Assembly: GCA_030770535.1 (NCBI GenBank)
Contig: JASVEC010000029.1
Location: 434,001 to 498,000, forward strand
Source: Batkoa obscura
Taxonomy: Eukaryota
DNA: 64,000 nt
Direction of reading: 5' to 3'
Position 1 is the stretch's first letter, and the number at the start of each line of letters is the position of its first letter. Positions 40,735 to 51,605 of this stretch are shown here, piece after piece. A model generated the notes under the pieces. It ran no database searches. It was not told the origin of the DNA and saw nothing but the letters and a program-made list of their open reading frames with translations. A program made the translations under genes and the position numbers.

Positions 40735-41625
40735 TTAATTTAATATTAATTTCGTTTCTGGTTTAAAAATATGATAGATGAAAATAGGCTCATCATGAAT
40801 AACTGAGCTACCATTCTTTTTTAGTGATAAATCGGGTTTTTCTATCATTATAGCCTCTAACCCCCAATCATCTAATAATGGTTGAATGGTTCTTTTTGGA
40901 CTATAAAGTAAAAAGTTTAACTTTTATTTTAAACTTTATATGTTTAATTGTTTACCTTCTTTCACAATAAGTTGTTATAAAATTAGCATTTGGATTTTTT
41001 TCTAATAAAAACGCAACTGTAGCAATTAAAGGTTCAAAATCTAGTTGGATTTAGCTGGATTTTGCTCTATTTTGTAATATATATTTAAACTACCTTCTCT
41101 GTTATAGAATGTATCTGACCCAATAATAACATCGATATTATCTAAATTGAATAAGCCTTCCGATATTATACCCCACTCTATTGGCATAGTACAAATATTG
41201 TCATTTAACTTATTTAATTCCACATTTTTCTTTAAACTTGATAATATATCACTTGACTCTATGCTATCTGTTAAGTATACTTTTTTTGCACCGAGTCTTG
41301 AACATAGTAACCCACATAACCCCAAACCCGATCCTAACTTTGAAATTTGTTATAACCTTTAATAGTATAAATGGTCCTAATTTACTTCTACTACTGTACT
41401 ATTCTTTATTTTGTCTCGTTTTATAAATAAGAAATCCGATAATACTTCACCACAAGTCCATACTTTATTACCAATAGCCTTATAGTTTCCCTTTAAAATG
41501 ATTAATTATTAATATTCCATTCCTGAAGTTATATTTACTTGTTCAACAATTATTTCTACTGGATTGTCCCCTTCTAACTGACTCTGTGAGCCTGGCTGAA
41601 ATGTATACGCTGTTTGTTGTGACAT
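40735..41625 (-). CDS. Seven-beta-strand protein methyltransferase, Methyltransf_16 family (METTL23-like)
   Basis: GNKVWTCGEVLS, VVE-LGSGLGLCGL, VYLTD, IEWG, IIGSDTFY, FEPLIATVAFLL, TTYCER. Confidence 0.8.
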
Positions 41626-42286
41626 TTTAAAAGATGTGTTTTTATTTTCATATTGTTTAAACTGCTTTTTGTTCTTTATAGCCAATGAAATTTAATCAAG
41701 TCTTGAGATGACATATTTTTTTATATTAAAAATTAACTTGACTACTTTTAATAACATCATATTTCTTGCTTCTTATTTTATCTATTAGCTTGATATTTAA
41801 AAAAATGCAAAGGATTAATAAAAAAATCAGTTTATTTACAACAAATAAGCATAAATAAATGATATGTAAATAATTATTTTAATACGTTCTCTCAATTTTT
41901 ATTAATAAAAATACTTTAATCTTTATCTTTTTAAATTAAAACTAAGCCAAGTTTTCAACGAAAAAGTTTCAATTTAAGGAAGCAAACTAAATTTCTCACA
42001 CCAGCATAATCTCCCTTTGGATTGTTCCATTGAAAACGAAATGGGGTTTTGGGGATCTTATACTTCATTGCTTAAGCCAATGGATTAAATTTGAATCACA
42101 AAGTGGGAAGTAATTTTTAGGTACAAAGCATTTTTTCCACCAAAATTGCTAACTTTAACAAAAAGAAGAACCAACTACAGTTTAAATTCAATTTTATAGT
42201 TGCTTACTAAATACTATTCATTTTTTTATTCATTCCAATTATTATTTTCAAACTTTCATTCAACTCACTTGCACCTAAAATAAACT

Positions 42287-43779
42287 ATGAGCAATAAACA
42301 AGCTGGTAAATTCATGTCATAGTATAAATAAAGTACTAAACCGAATTTAAGTTGATTTACAAGCTAATGAAGAGGTTTCAGTTGCGGCTAACGACGGTTT
42401 AACAGGAGAAGTTTGCAGTCTTTCTTACACTAAATTTAAGGCTATTGGTAATGGCTCTTTCGGTGTAGTTTACCAAGCTCGTTTGACCCATTCTGGACAG
42501 TTAGTAGCCATAAAGAAAGTATTGCAAGATAAAAGATTCAAAGTAAGTAATAGATTAGACGATGAATGAAACTCGAATAATAATCTAATACTAATAAATT
42601 ATTTAGAACCGTGAACTTCAAATTATGCGTTCTGTTCGTCATCCTAACGTTGTTGAGCTTAAGTATTATTTTTATACTAATGGTTTTCAAGTATGTTTTT
42701 TGGTTGATTTTATCGAATATAAATTTATTCATTATTTAGAAAGAGGATATTTACCTCAATCTTGTTCTTGAATATGTTCCAGAAACGCTTTATCGATTAA
42801 CCCGTCACTTTGCTCGTTCTAGCCAAACTATACCACCAATTCAAGTGAAACTTTTCACTTACCAACTTCTTCGCTCTTTGGCCTACATACATATGATTGG
42901 AATTTGTCATCGTGATATTAAGCCTCAAAATTTATTGATTGATCGTCAAACTGGAGTATTGAAATTATGCGATTTTGGAAGGTAGCTCAGTTTGTAGATT
43001 TAACTGTGAATTTTTAATTATTTAAAGTGCTAAAATTCTTGTTCCTGGGGAAGGTAATGTAGCCTATATCTGTTCACGCTATTATAGGGCTCCAGAATTG
43101 ATTTTCGGTGCTACTAATTATACTACTCAAATAGGTATTGCTATTTTTAAATGAATTTAATAATAGTAATTAATTTAAAAAAGATATTTGGTCTGTTGGA
43201 TGTGTTATGGCCGAATTAATGTTATGCCAACCATTATTCCCAGGAGAAAGTGGAATCGATCAATTAGTTGAAATTATTAAAGTACTTGGAACCCCAGATA
43301 AGGAACAAATCCATCATATGAATCCAGCTTACGTAGACCATAAATTTCCTCAAATTCATCCACAACCATTTTCCAAGGTAAAACTATAACATATCTGTTA
43401 TCATAAATTTTTATTTATTTTAAATAGATCTTTAGACCTGGAACTCCACTTGAGGCTATCGAATTCCTTCCATGTCTTTTAAACTATACACCTCGTCATA
43501 GATTAACCGCTGTTGAAGCAATGGCCCATCCTTATTTTGATGAATTACGTGAGACTAAAGTATTATATTCGCAAGATAGGCAAATTCCAGAACTCTTTGA
43601 TTTCAGTGAACAAGGTAATAAGCTAAGTAAACTACAACTAATCAAACTAAAGTTTTGTTACAGAACTTTCAATTCAACCTGAAGTTAACCATCGATTAGT
43701 GCCACGTCATATTATTGCACAAATGGAAAAGGTTGGTTTAGATATGGTTAAATTTTTTCCAGGACTTTATAAGATATAA
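42287..43779 (+). CDS. GSK3: Glycogen synthase kinase-3 family kinase (about 8 exons)
   Basis: [84 protein letters not shown]. Confidence 0.95.
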
Positions 43780-44741
43780 ATCTATTGAGTTAAAGAAATT
43801 TAAATCAATCTTTTTATAAAGTTGAATTCGGTGGGTTTGTATAGTTTCTATACGTACATTTATACCCTTCTCCTAACATCTATTTTTCACTACACTTGTT
43901 AATAATTCACCTTTCAATTATTTTTAATAAAAGATAATTTTTTTGAGTTTTACAGTGTTGCATTAGTTTAAGTTCTGTTTTATATTTTTTACTGCTTATT
44001 ATATTTGAAATAATCCTTTACAGAAATATCAACAAATAAATAAATATGCTTTCAACATAGTTATTTTATCAAGTTTATTGTTTCATTATGATCTTGAAGG
44101 TAGTGTGCATATAACTACTTTATTAAAAAATATGACAATATATTAGTTCGTTGCTATGCTTTGTTCATTTCTTAAGTAGCTTAAAATTTGAAAATTTCTT
44201 GATAAATTACAAAAAATATGAAAAATATGGAAGATATTAAATTTATTAAAATCTCAAAAAGTTTCACTATGTAGCATTTTAAAGATTTTTTACAAAGCTG
44301 TTACATAAGCAAAAAAGTTTTTAAAATTTGATAGTTGATAGATTTTTCGTTAATGAAATTATTTCTAGGATATTACATATGATAAATTATACTTTTACAT
44401 AGTTGTAAATTTAAAAATTAAATATAAGTACATATTTCTTTATATACATTATTCATTGACAGAGTTATAAAAAAGCTTGGCGTTAATAAAGATAAGTAAA
44501 ATAGTTAATAAACATTAACTTAAGTAATAAGGTGTTAGACAAAACAGAGTTTATGCTCATATCTTTTTAGTTTTATTGATACTTTAATAAATCATAGAGT
44601 ATAAAACAATCAATATAGATTCGGTTTTTTATGGCATCATGTTATATCACTAAGTCGAATTAAACAATTCTAAATCTAATCGCTGAGAATACAGTTTTTT
44701 ATAACATAATAAATACCATAATCATTTATTATTTTTTCAAA

Positions 44742-44840
44742 TGAGGATGTTTTTTTGGCTTCATTACTTTTTCCATCTTTTAAGCGCTATTTGAGTGGAA
44801 AATTGTTAGTGAAATTCTTAAACACAAAAATACATCCCCA
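44742..44840 (+). mobile_element. MITE copy (99 bp)
   Basis: TGAGGATGTTTTTTTGG...CAAAAATACATCCCCA with the same core. Flanked by AA/AA rather than TA/TA. Confidence 0.8.
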
Positions 44841-45719
44841 AATTTTATCTTTGCATAAACTTATAGCAAAAATAAATTATAACTATTATGTCAGAATAAT
44901 AACGAGGTATAGTGCTATGCATTTCAATGTTAAATGTATTTTATTTTATTAAAATTTATCAAAAAAATATTGGCTTTTAACACTTATTAAGGAAATAGTA
45001 TATTTGAATATTTCAAGAAAGCGATTAATTTTTTTATAACTCAAAAAAAGTCTTAATATTAAGTCTTAAGTTGCTTTGTTATACTTTGTTACAATATTAT
45101 TTATTAATCTAAATTTAATTCAAAAGTAGCTTTTTTCTAACAAATTCAAATTTTCATTCAAAAACAAAGTTAATTTTATTATAAGAAATAAGTGGTGGTT
45201 TAGTTCAAATAGACTACGCTTCTTTAAAAATAAAAGTATCAAGCTATTATAATGTTTTAATGATAATAAAAACTTGAGGTTCGACGTTTCTGATATTTTT
45301 TTCAAGTCATTATAAAATTGGTTCTTTTTAAATATCAAATGAACCCTTTCCTAGTGAATATCAAAAGCCAGTATTTTCTTAAACTATCTACCAATACCCC
45401 CAAATGCCTCTTTAATATGTTTTACTTATGTTTTTTTTGAGTGTTTTTTAGAAACTAGACATGAATCAAAGACAATATAATATACTATAATATTATAGTC
45501 AATATCTAGTAACTTAAGTTCAATTTAAGTGCAAAGTTTACTAAACGTCATAAGCATAAAATAACCCAGCTTTTGAAAGGATGGAGATTAATTTGGCAAA
45601 TGTTGTTCTTAAGTGCAACACCATAAAAAGCACAGTAAGTTAATAAGCAATATTTGTGACAAAGAAAAGAAATTTAAAATGTTTTTTATATAAATAATTT
45701 CGTAAATAAATAAAGTAAA

Positions 45720-47060
45720 ATGAGTAAAAAGAGCATTGATTTTTTAAATATACCCGTAGATAATTTTAAACAGATTTTGTATCATTTGGATGGAAAGGAT
45801 TATGTCAATTTGTTAACTTGTTGTAAAGATTGGAATAGATTTCTTTTACCTTTGATGTGGGAAGACATTGAGCCTAAATCATATTGTTTTGACAACAAAA
45901 AAAGAGTAAAAGCTTACAAATATTACGGTCGCTATATTAAATATTTAAATTTAAGTAATGATCCAGAATTGCCAATTCGTAGAAGCATTTTCCCAAACGC
46001 AGCTCATCTTAATTGTTCAATTAGCACTTATCTAAAGAATTTGCTCGAACTTATAGAAATGAAATTGACATCTACTATATTGGATGACGAATTGGATGAT
46101 ATGAATCTTGTTGAATATATTTTTGTAAATGAAATATCTCTAGAGCATCTGTTATCCAATTTAACTTATTTAGAGATTCCACATATATATGATTATTTCA
46201 AATCAATAGTTATACCCACACTCCCTCCATCTATGCATTCTTTGTATTTAGGTTCTACTGATGACAATGATCCATTTTTTGAAAGTTTACTTATGAGGTT
46301 AACTAATTTAAAGCGTCTAGGATTAGAGTATACTAGTTTAAATGAGCAAGATTATACCTATTTTAAAACAACCCGATTTACCACATTAATAAGTTTAGCA
46401 CTTTGTCATGTAGAATTAGACGACAACATTTTAATCATCGACTTTAATAATTTTCCAAACCTTAAAGATTTAGTAATAGCTGAGAACGGAGAAATAGAAT
46501 TCATTGGAGTTTCAAAAATTACAGCGTTAACTGTCAGTGACCTTGGTTTCAAACTTAATACACTAAGAGTAGATCAATTCCCAGAATTGAGGATATTAAA
46601 AGTTAAGCATTTTTATAACTTGAGAGTTCAACAACTTCGGGAATTATTTAGTTTTCCCAATTTAACTTCACTTACAATAAAAACATATAGCTGTGATCTT
46701 TTTCTGCTACAAGAAGTATTTATTAAGCAAAATACAAATTTAATTAAACTTAAAATTCATGGATTTAGTTTGGGGTCTTACTTTTATAATTTTATTATAA
46801 AGCATTGTCCTAATTTAACGGTATATATATTGAACCGATGTGAATTTATTGATGACATCGAATTTAATCAAAAGAAGAATGTGAACTTAAATTTAAACTT
46901 GATAGAGATAGCGAATTGTGAAGAAGGAGATGGCTTTAATGAACATGTTAAATGGTTGTTGGAAAATTCAAAGAATCTTAAAAAAATAGTCATAGATGAT
47001 ACTAATTTACCTTTCAGCTTAATTGATAAATATTCGAATATTATTGAGTTTGATGCTTAA
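45720..47060 (+). CDS. F-box/leucine-rich-repeat (RNI-like) protein; intronless
   Basis: N-terminal F-box-like 'IPVDNFKQILYHLDGKDYVNLLTCCKDWNRFLLPLMWEDI', followed by repeated 'FPNLKDL / FPELRIL / FPNLTSL / CPNL' LRR units. Confidence 0.75.
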   Translation: MSKKSIDFLNIPVDNFKQILYHLDGKDYVNLLTCCKDWNRFLLPLMWEDIEPKSYCFDNKKRVKAYKYYGRYIKYLNLSNDPELPIRRSIFPNAAHLNCSISTYLKNLLELIEMKLTSTILDDELDDMNLVEYIFVNEISLEHLLSNLTYLEIPHIYDYFKSIVIPTLPPSMHSLYLGSTDDNDPFFESLLMRLTNLKRLGLEYTSLNEQDYTYFKTTRFTTLISLALCHVELDDNILIIDFNNFPNLKDLVIAENGEIEFIGVSKITALTVSDLGFKLNTLRVDQFPELRILKVKHFYNLRVQQLRELFSFPNLTSLTIKTYSCDLFLLQEVFIKQNTNLIKLKIHGFSLGSYFYNFIIKHCPNLTVYILNRCEFIDDIEFNQKKNVNLNLNLIEIANCEEGDGFNEHVKWLLENSKNLKKIVIDDTNLPFSLIDKYSNIIEFDA

Positions 47061-49292
47061 TATTAAGAATTTTGTATCCCTGCATATGCTTGAATAAAAT
47101 GTTAATACGTACTTTTAATTGTTTAATAATTATGAAAGAAGATTTAATCGTGTAATTATTTTCACATAAATACTAAATTTACTTTTTAACAAAATCATAA
47201 CAATAGTTTTTATTTAAGCAAATAAAGTTCTTTTATGTTGGATTCATAAGCTTGATAGTTATAAATATTATATTAATGAATATCTACTATACTTTTGATT
47301 GAAATTTATATATAATAAGTATGCTATTTTAAGCCTTTTTAGAAATGAAAAGGATATTAATTAATAGCGCTATATGTTAACTAAAGGGACGACTAAAAAG
47401 CTTACGTTACTTCTTTTTAGAAAGCTATGAGGCCACTGTTAATAAATAATACTTTTTGGCATTTATATTCTAAGTAATTATTGCTATTTTACTTCCTTTG
47501 ATGTATAGTTTTACCCATATTCGGCTTAAATTGAATTTTTTAAATTATATTTTAATATTTATAGCTCTTTAATGTCTCACTATTAATAGTATTAATTTTC
47601 GGTTTAAGAATGATAAAGTTATAATTAAGCCAAACCGTTTAAAAATAATATTTTATGAAATTAAAAATAAAAATCAAGCAATTCATAATAAGCGGACTCC
47701 TAAAGTAATCACAGATTTATTTGAGCCTTCTGAAATTCATAATAAAAATGAAATAATTCATAATAAGCAGTTTGATTACAGACATAAATAAACTCTTTGC
47801 TTTATTAATTCAACTTTATCAGTAATTTTATGAATTCACTTCCCATTTTTACATTTTTTCTTACAATATACTAAAATCAGCGGCGGCTCATATCAACATC
47901 GATTGGTAGTTTTGGCCAAGAGTAACATTATTTTCAATATTTAAGCCAATAAATTGAATAATGGCCATATTTATAAAGTCAACTTCGTTTTAAGCATGGC
48001 TTGAGTGCTATTTTCAAACAATAATCCCAGGATAGGATGACATGAAATAGCAATAGAACCTCCACAAGTTTTTTATGATTTAAAGGATTGACTTAAAGGT
48101 TGATAGGCTTACTTTGATTTTCACGCTTTTAATGAAACATTAGTTTGAATTTAGATCATTATTAGTAATAAATATTTATAAATTTATTTTATACAAATAG
48201 GATAATTGTATTACAAAATAAGAGCCAATTAAATACCGAGTTAAATGAATTGTATTGGGTGTGGTGCAGCCTGTTTACCATATTTTTATTTTAATTAATC
48301 TAATCTGATCAAATTTATAATGTAAAAGAGAATTAATAAAAATTCATAAGCTAATATCAGATCAATGTTAATGTAAGTGTAGTTTATATCTTTCAATAAT
48401 GTGTGTATGTATTGTCTAGATGAATAGAATTTTTAATTCCCCCGATTATGGTAAGCTTTTTTAGCACCTTATTTAATCGTGCAAACCAAACAATCCATTG
48501 CAAATTTGCTATAGTCAAATCACATTACTATAGCAATATTTATTTTAAAAGATAATCTAAATGTTTGCACTTTAACCCTCGTATCAGATGATGCTTAAAT
48601 AAAACTATAGTATTTTATTTATAAAAAGTTCGATTGTATAATTTGTATTCATTTATGTTCATTTGAAAAGCCTTGATTTGTTAATTCTTGATTCTATTGT
48701 TGTTGATAAGAGTATTATATCTGATAAATACTTTAGATTTATATATTATATCTATTTATACATTATCATACGTATTTAATCTGATTATTCAATTATTCTT
48801 TATTACTTAACAACTCGATTAGTGTGTATTCATTATACTACTTTAGCGTCATGCTAATTAACCTATCATATTATACAATATAATATAGTATAGTGTGACT
48901 TTTATTATATAGTATAATTGATACAATAAAAATATCTGAAGTGTTTTATTAACCTTAATAGTAAACCAGTATTAAACTATGTCATTTTAGCTTCTACCCT
49001 TACTTTTCATGATTACGAATAGTTCAACTTTAATTATTTAGTTTCTCATGTCAGTATAATAAATTATGCTTTTATTGATATTGTTTTGTGATAAGGAATA
49101 GCTAAATAAGGCGCTAAATTTAGTAACTCAGAATTGCACAATCTTTCATTGAGCAGGGTATAAAAACTCCATTTTAAATCATTTTTAAGCAAAAAGTATT
49201 AAACTGAAAATTGGACTGTTTTTAAGCTTCTCTTTTCTTGAATCATTGCATTAATTTTCAAACTAAATTTTAAATTAAGTTTGACCAAACAG

Positions 49293-49300
49293 TATAAATA
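49293..49300 (+). promoter_or_regulatory. Candidate TATA box of the ODC gene
   Basis: TATAAATA followed by a pyrimidine-rich, AUG-free ~360-nt stretch up to the ODC ATG. Confidence 0.45.
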
Positions 49301-49372
49301 GATCCAATTTTTCTTTAAATTTCAATTAAGTTTTTAGAATCTTACTATCATTCTTTTACCTTACTTTTTTTG

Positions 49373-49485
49373 ATTGTGAGCACTTTTCCAACTAAGGGTA
49401 AGTGCTATTTATCAACACGTTTTCGTCAAACCCAGTACACAAACTTTACCGAGTCTTTTCAGCTCAACCACCTTGGAACTTATAG
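49373..49485 (+). promoter_or_regulatory. Putative non-AUG regulatory uORF (uCC) ending AQPPWNL* in the ODC 5' leader
   Basis: AAA CTT TAC CGA GTC TTT TCA GCT CAA CCA CCT TGG AAC TTA TAG = KLYRVFSAQPPWNL* (49441-49485). No AUG in the leader. Start codon and splicing are uncertain. Confidence 0.7.
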
Positions 49486-49658
49486 GTCGTTAGCTTGAAA
49501 CCGATTTAGTTTATAACTACATTCCTTTACAGTCTTAGACCACTTTTATTTTAGTGGACCTTTAATTTGCAGTTTTGAGTCCAGAAGCTTTCTTTTACAG
49601 CTCTCCTTTAAGTTCGCCTGGGTAATATTACCGATCAACTTTAATCATTAATCTTATT

Positions 49659-51032
49659 ATGTTGGAAGTATTTTCTCATCCTATCAAGGCTACCGAGCCT
49701 ATCAACAAGCATTTTTCTAAATTCAACCCTACCAAGGCTCCCTTGGTATCATCCTCAATTGGTGCAACCCCTGTTTTCGAGACCATTAAACAAGAACTTG
49801 CTGCCATCGAGAACACTTCAGATGATGCTTTTATGGTAGGTGATCTTGGTGAAGTTTATCGTCAACTTATTAAATGGGAATATAATTTCCCCACCATTAA
49901 GCCATACTTTGCCATCAAATGTAACCCCGATCCAGAAGTTTTAAGACTTTTAGCTTCGCTTGGTACTGGTTTTGATTGTGCAAGTAAGACTGAAATTCAA
50001 ACTATTTTAAACCTTGGCGTTGATCCAACCCGTATTATCTACGCCAACCCTTGCAAGCCAATGAGCCACATTCGTTTCGCTGCTTCAGTAAATGTTCGAC
50101 GCATGACTTTTGACAATGCTGATGAACTTCGTAAAATTAAAATGGCCCATCCAAATGCTCAGGTTGTTTTACGTATCTTGACCGATGACTCCAAATCCAT
50201 GTGTCAATTTGGTGTTAAATTTGGTGCTTCTCTTTCCAACAGTTATCAGCTTGTTAGCCTTGCCCATGAACTTGGCCTTGAATTAATTGGTGTAAGTTTC
50301 CATGTTGGTAGTGGATGCCATGATCCAGACTCTTATCGTGATGCTATTTCAAGAGCTAGAGTTGTGTTTGACCAAGCTGCTGAGTTTGGATTTAAACCTA
50401 CACTTTTAGATATCGGTGGTGGGTTCCCAGGCTCCAATGATCAACAAGATTCCGATTTATTAAGAGGAATTGCAGAGGTTGTTGACAAAAGTCTTAAAAG
50501 ATACTTCCCTGAAGGAGGGTTGGAGCTTATCTCCGAGCCAGGACGTTACTTTGTTACTACTGCTTTTGTAATTGCTTGTAATGTCACTTCTCGTCGTGTT
50601 GTTCCACGTGATGCTTCTGATGATGAGGGACCAAAAGGGTTTGAAAACTCAAAAATAGGTGTTGCAGATCATCCCTCTTATATGTACTATATAAATGATG
50701 GTGTTTATGGTAGTTTCAATTGCATCATGTTTGATCATCAAGTAATCTATCCAAAAGTACTTATGAAGTCTGGTATCTTTTTCCAAGATTTTCCTGAACT
50801 TGAATATGCTTATAATTTTGAAAGTAGTATCTGGGGCCCAACTTGTGATAGTTTAGACGTAATTAATAAGAACTGTCTTTTACCTGAGCTTGATGTCAAC
50901 GATTGGATCTACTGTGATAATATGGGTGCTTATACTAGCTGTGCTGCTTCTGAGTTTAACGGATATGCAAAAACTCGTATTGTTTACACTTTTACCGAAC
51001 GTGATGCTTATTTACGTCGTTTAGGACTTTAA
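49659..51032 (+). CDS. SPE1: Ornithine decarboxylase (intronless CDS, catalytic residues intact)
   Basis: PLP lysine in PYFAIKCNP; FDCASKTEI, SFHVGSG, LDIGGGFPG, SEPGRYF; catalytic Cys in WGPTCDSLD; MGAYT. Confidence 0.95.
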   Translation: MLEVFSHPIKATEPINKHFSKFNPTKAPLVSSSIGATPVFETIKQELAAIENTSDDAFMVGDLGEVYRQLIKWEYNFPTIKPYFAIKCNPDPEVLRLLASLGTGFDCASKTEIQTILNLGVDPTRIIYANPCKPMSHIRFAASVNVRRMTFDNADELRKIKMAHPNAQVVLRILTDDSKSMCQFGVKFGASLSNSYQLVSLAHELGLELIGVSFHVGSGCHDPDSYRDAISRARVVFDQAAEFGFKPTLLDIGGGFPGSNDQQDSDLLRGIAEVVDKSLKRYFPEGGLELISEPGRYFVTTAFVIACNVTSRRVVPRDASDDEGPKGFENSKIGVADHPSYMYYINDGVYGSFNCIMFDHQVIYPKVLMKSGIFFQDFPELEYAYNFESSIWGPTCDSLDVINKNCLLPELDVNDWIYCDNMGAYTSCAASEFNGYAKTRIVYTFTERDAYLRRLGL

Positions 51033-51605
51033 ACTTTTGAAATAAAATTTTAGTAAGTGTTAATTTTTTTTGTTAGTTTTATAAATAATTGAATATCAAT
51101 TGAGTGAGTTTTCACATTATGATATCATAAGTTTAATTGTATAATAGATTATCTTGCATTTTATCTAACTCAATCAGTTTTTAAAGTTCACTTAATACTA
51201 TGTTGAAATTTCATGCTTTAAAACACCATTGCTTATCAGATAAAATTATATTTTAGTTTACAATATAAGTCTGGATTCAGTATTACTCAAAGTAATAGTA
51301 AAAAATTAAACACATCCACGATGATACAACCAGTCGGAGCTTTTAAATCTTATATAATAATAAAATATTTTTAGCTGTGCCTATATATTTAATAATGGGT
51401 GTCTTATTTAATCAAATAAATGAAATAATACTATAAAAAAATTAATTAGAAAATTAATTAATTTCAAATCAAGCAACTTTGATGATTGGAGTTAAGAGAG
51501 TTCATTACTTCAATAGCCAATCAGACAGCGAAGTGACTTCATCAAGTCGGAAATGAAAAAGCGCGACTTTTTTAAATCGCGTCTTTTTTTGAATTAAAAT
51601 TGAGA

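Noticed and set aside
49659..51032. ODC homologue as a catalytically dead antizyme inhibitor, because of the PPW uORF
   Set aside because: The PLP-binding Lys and catalytic Cys (GPTCD) motifs are intact, so it is most likely an active ODC.
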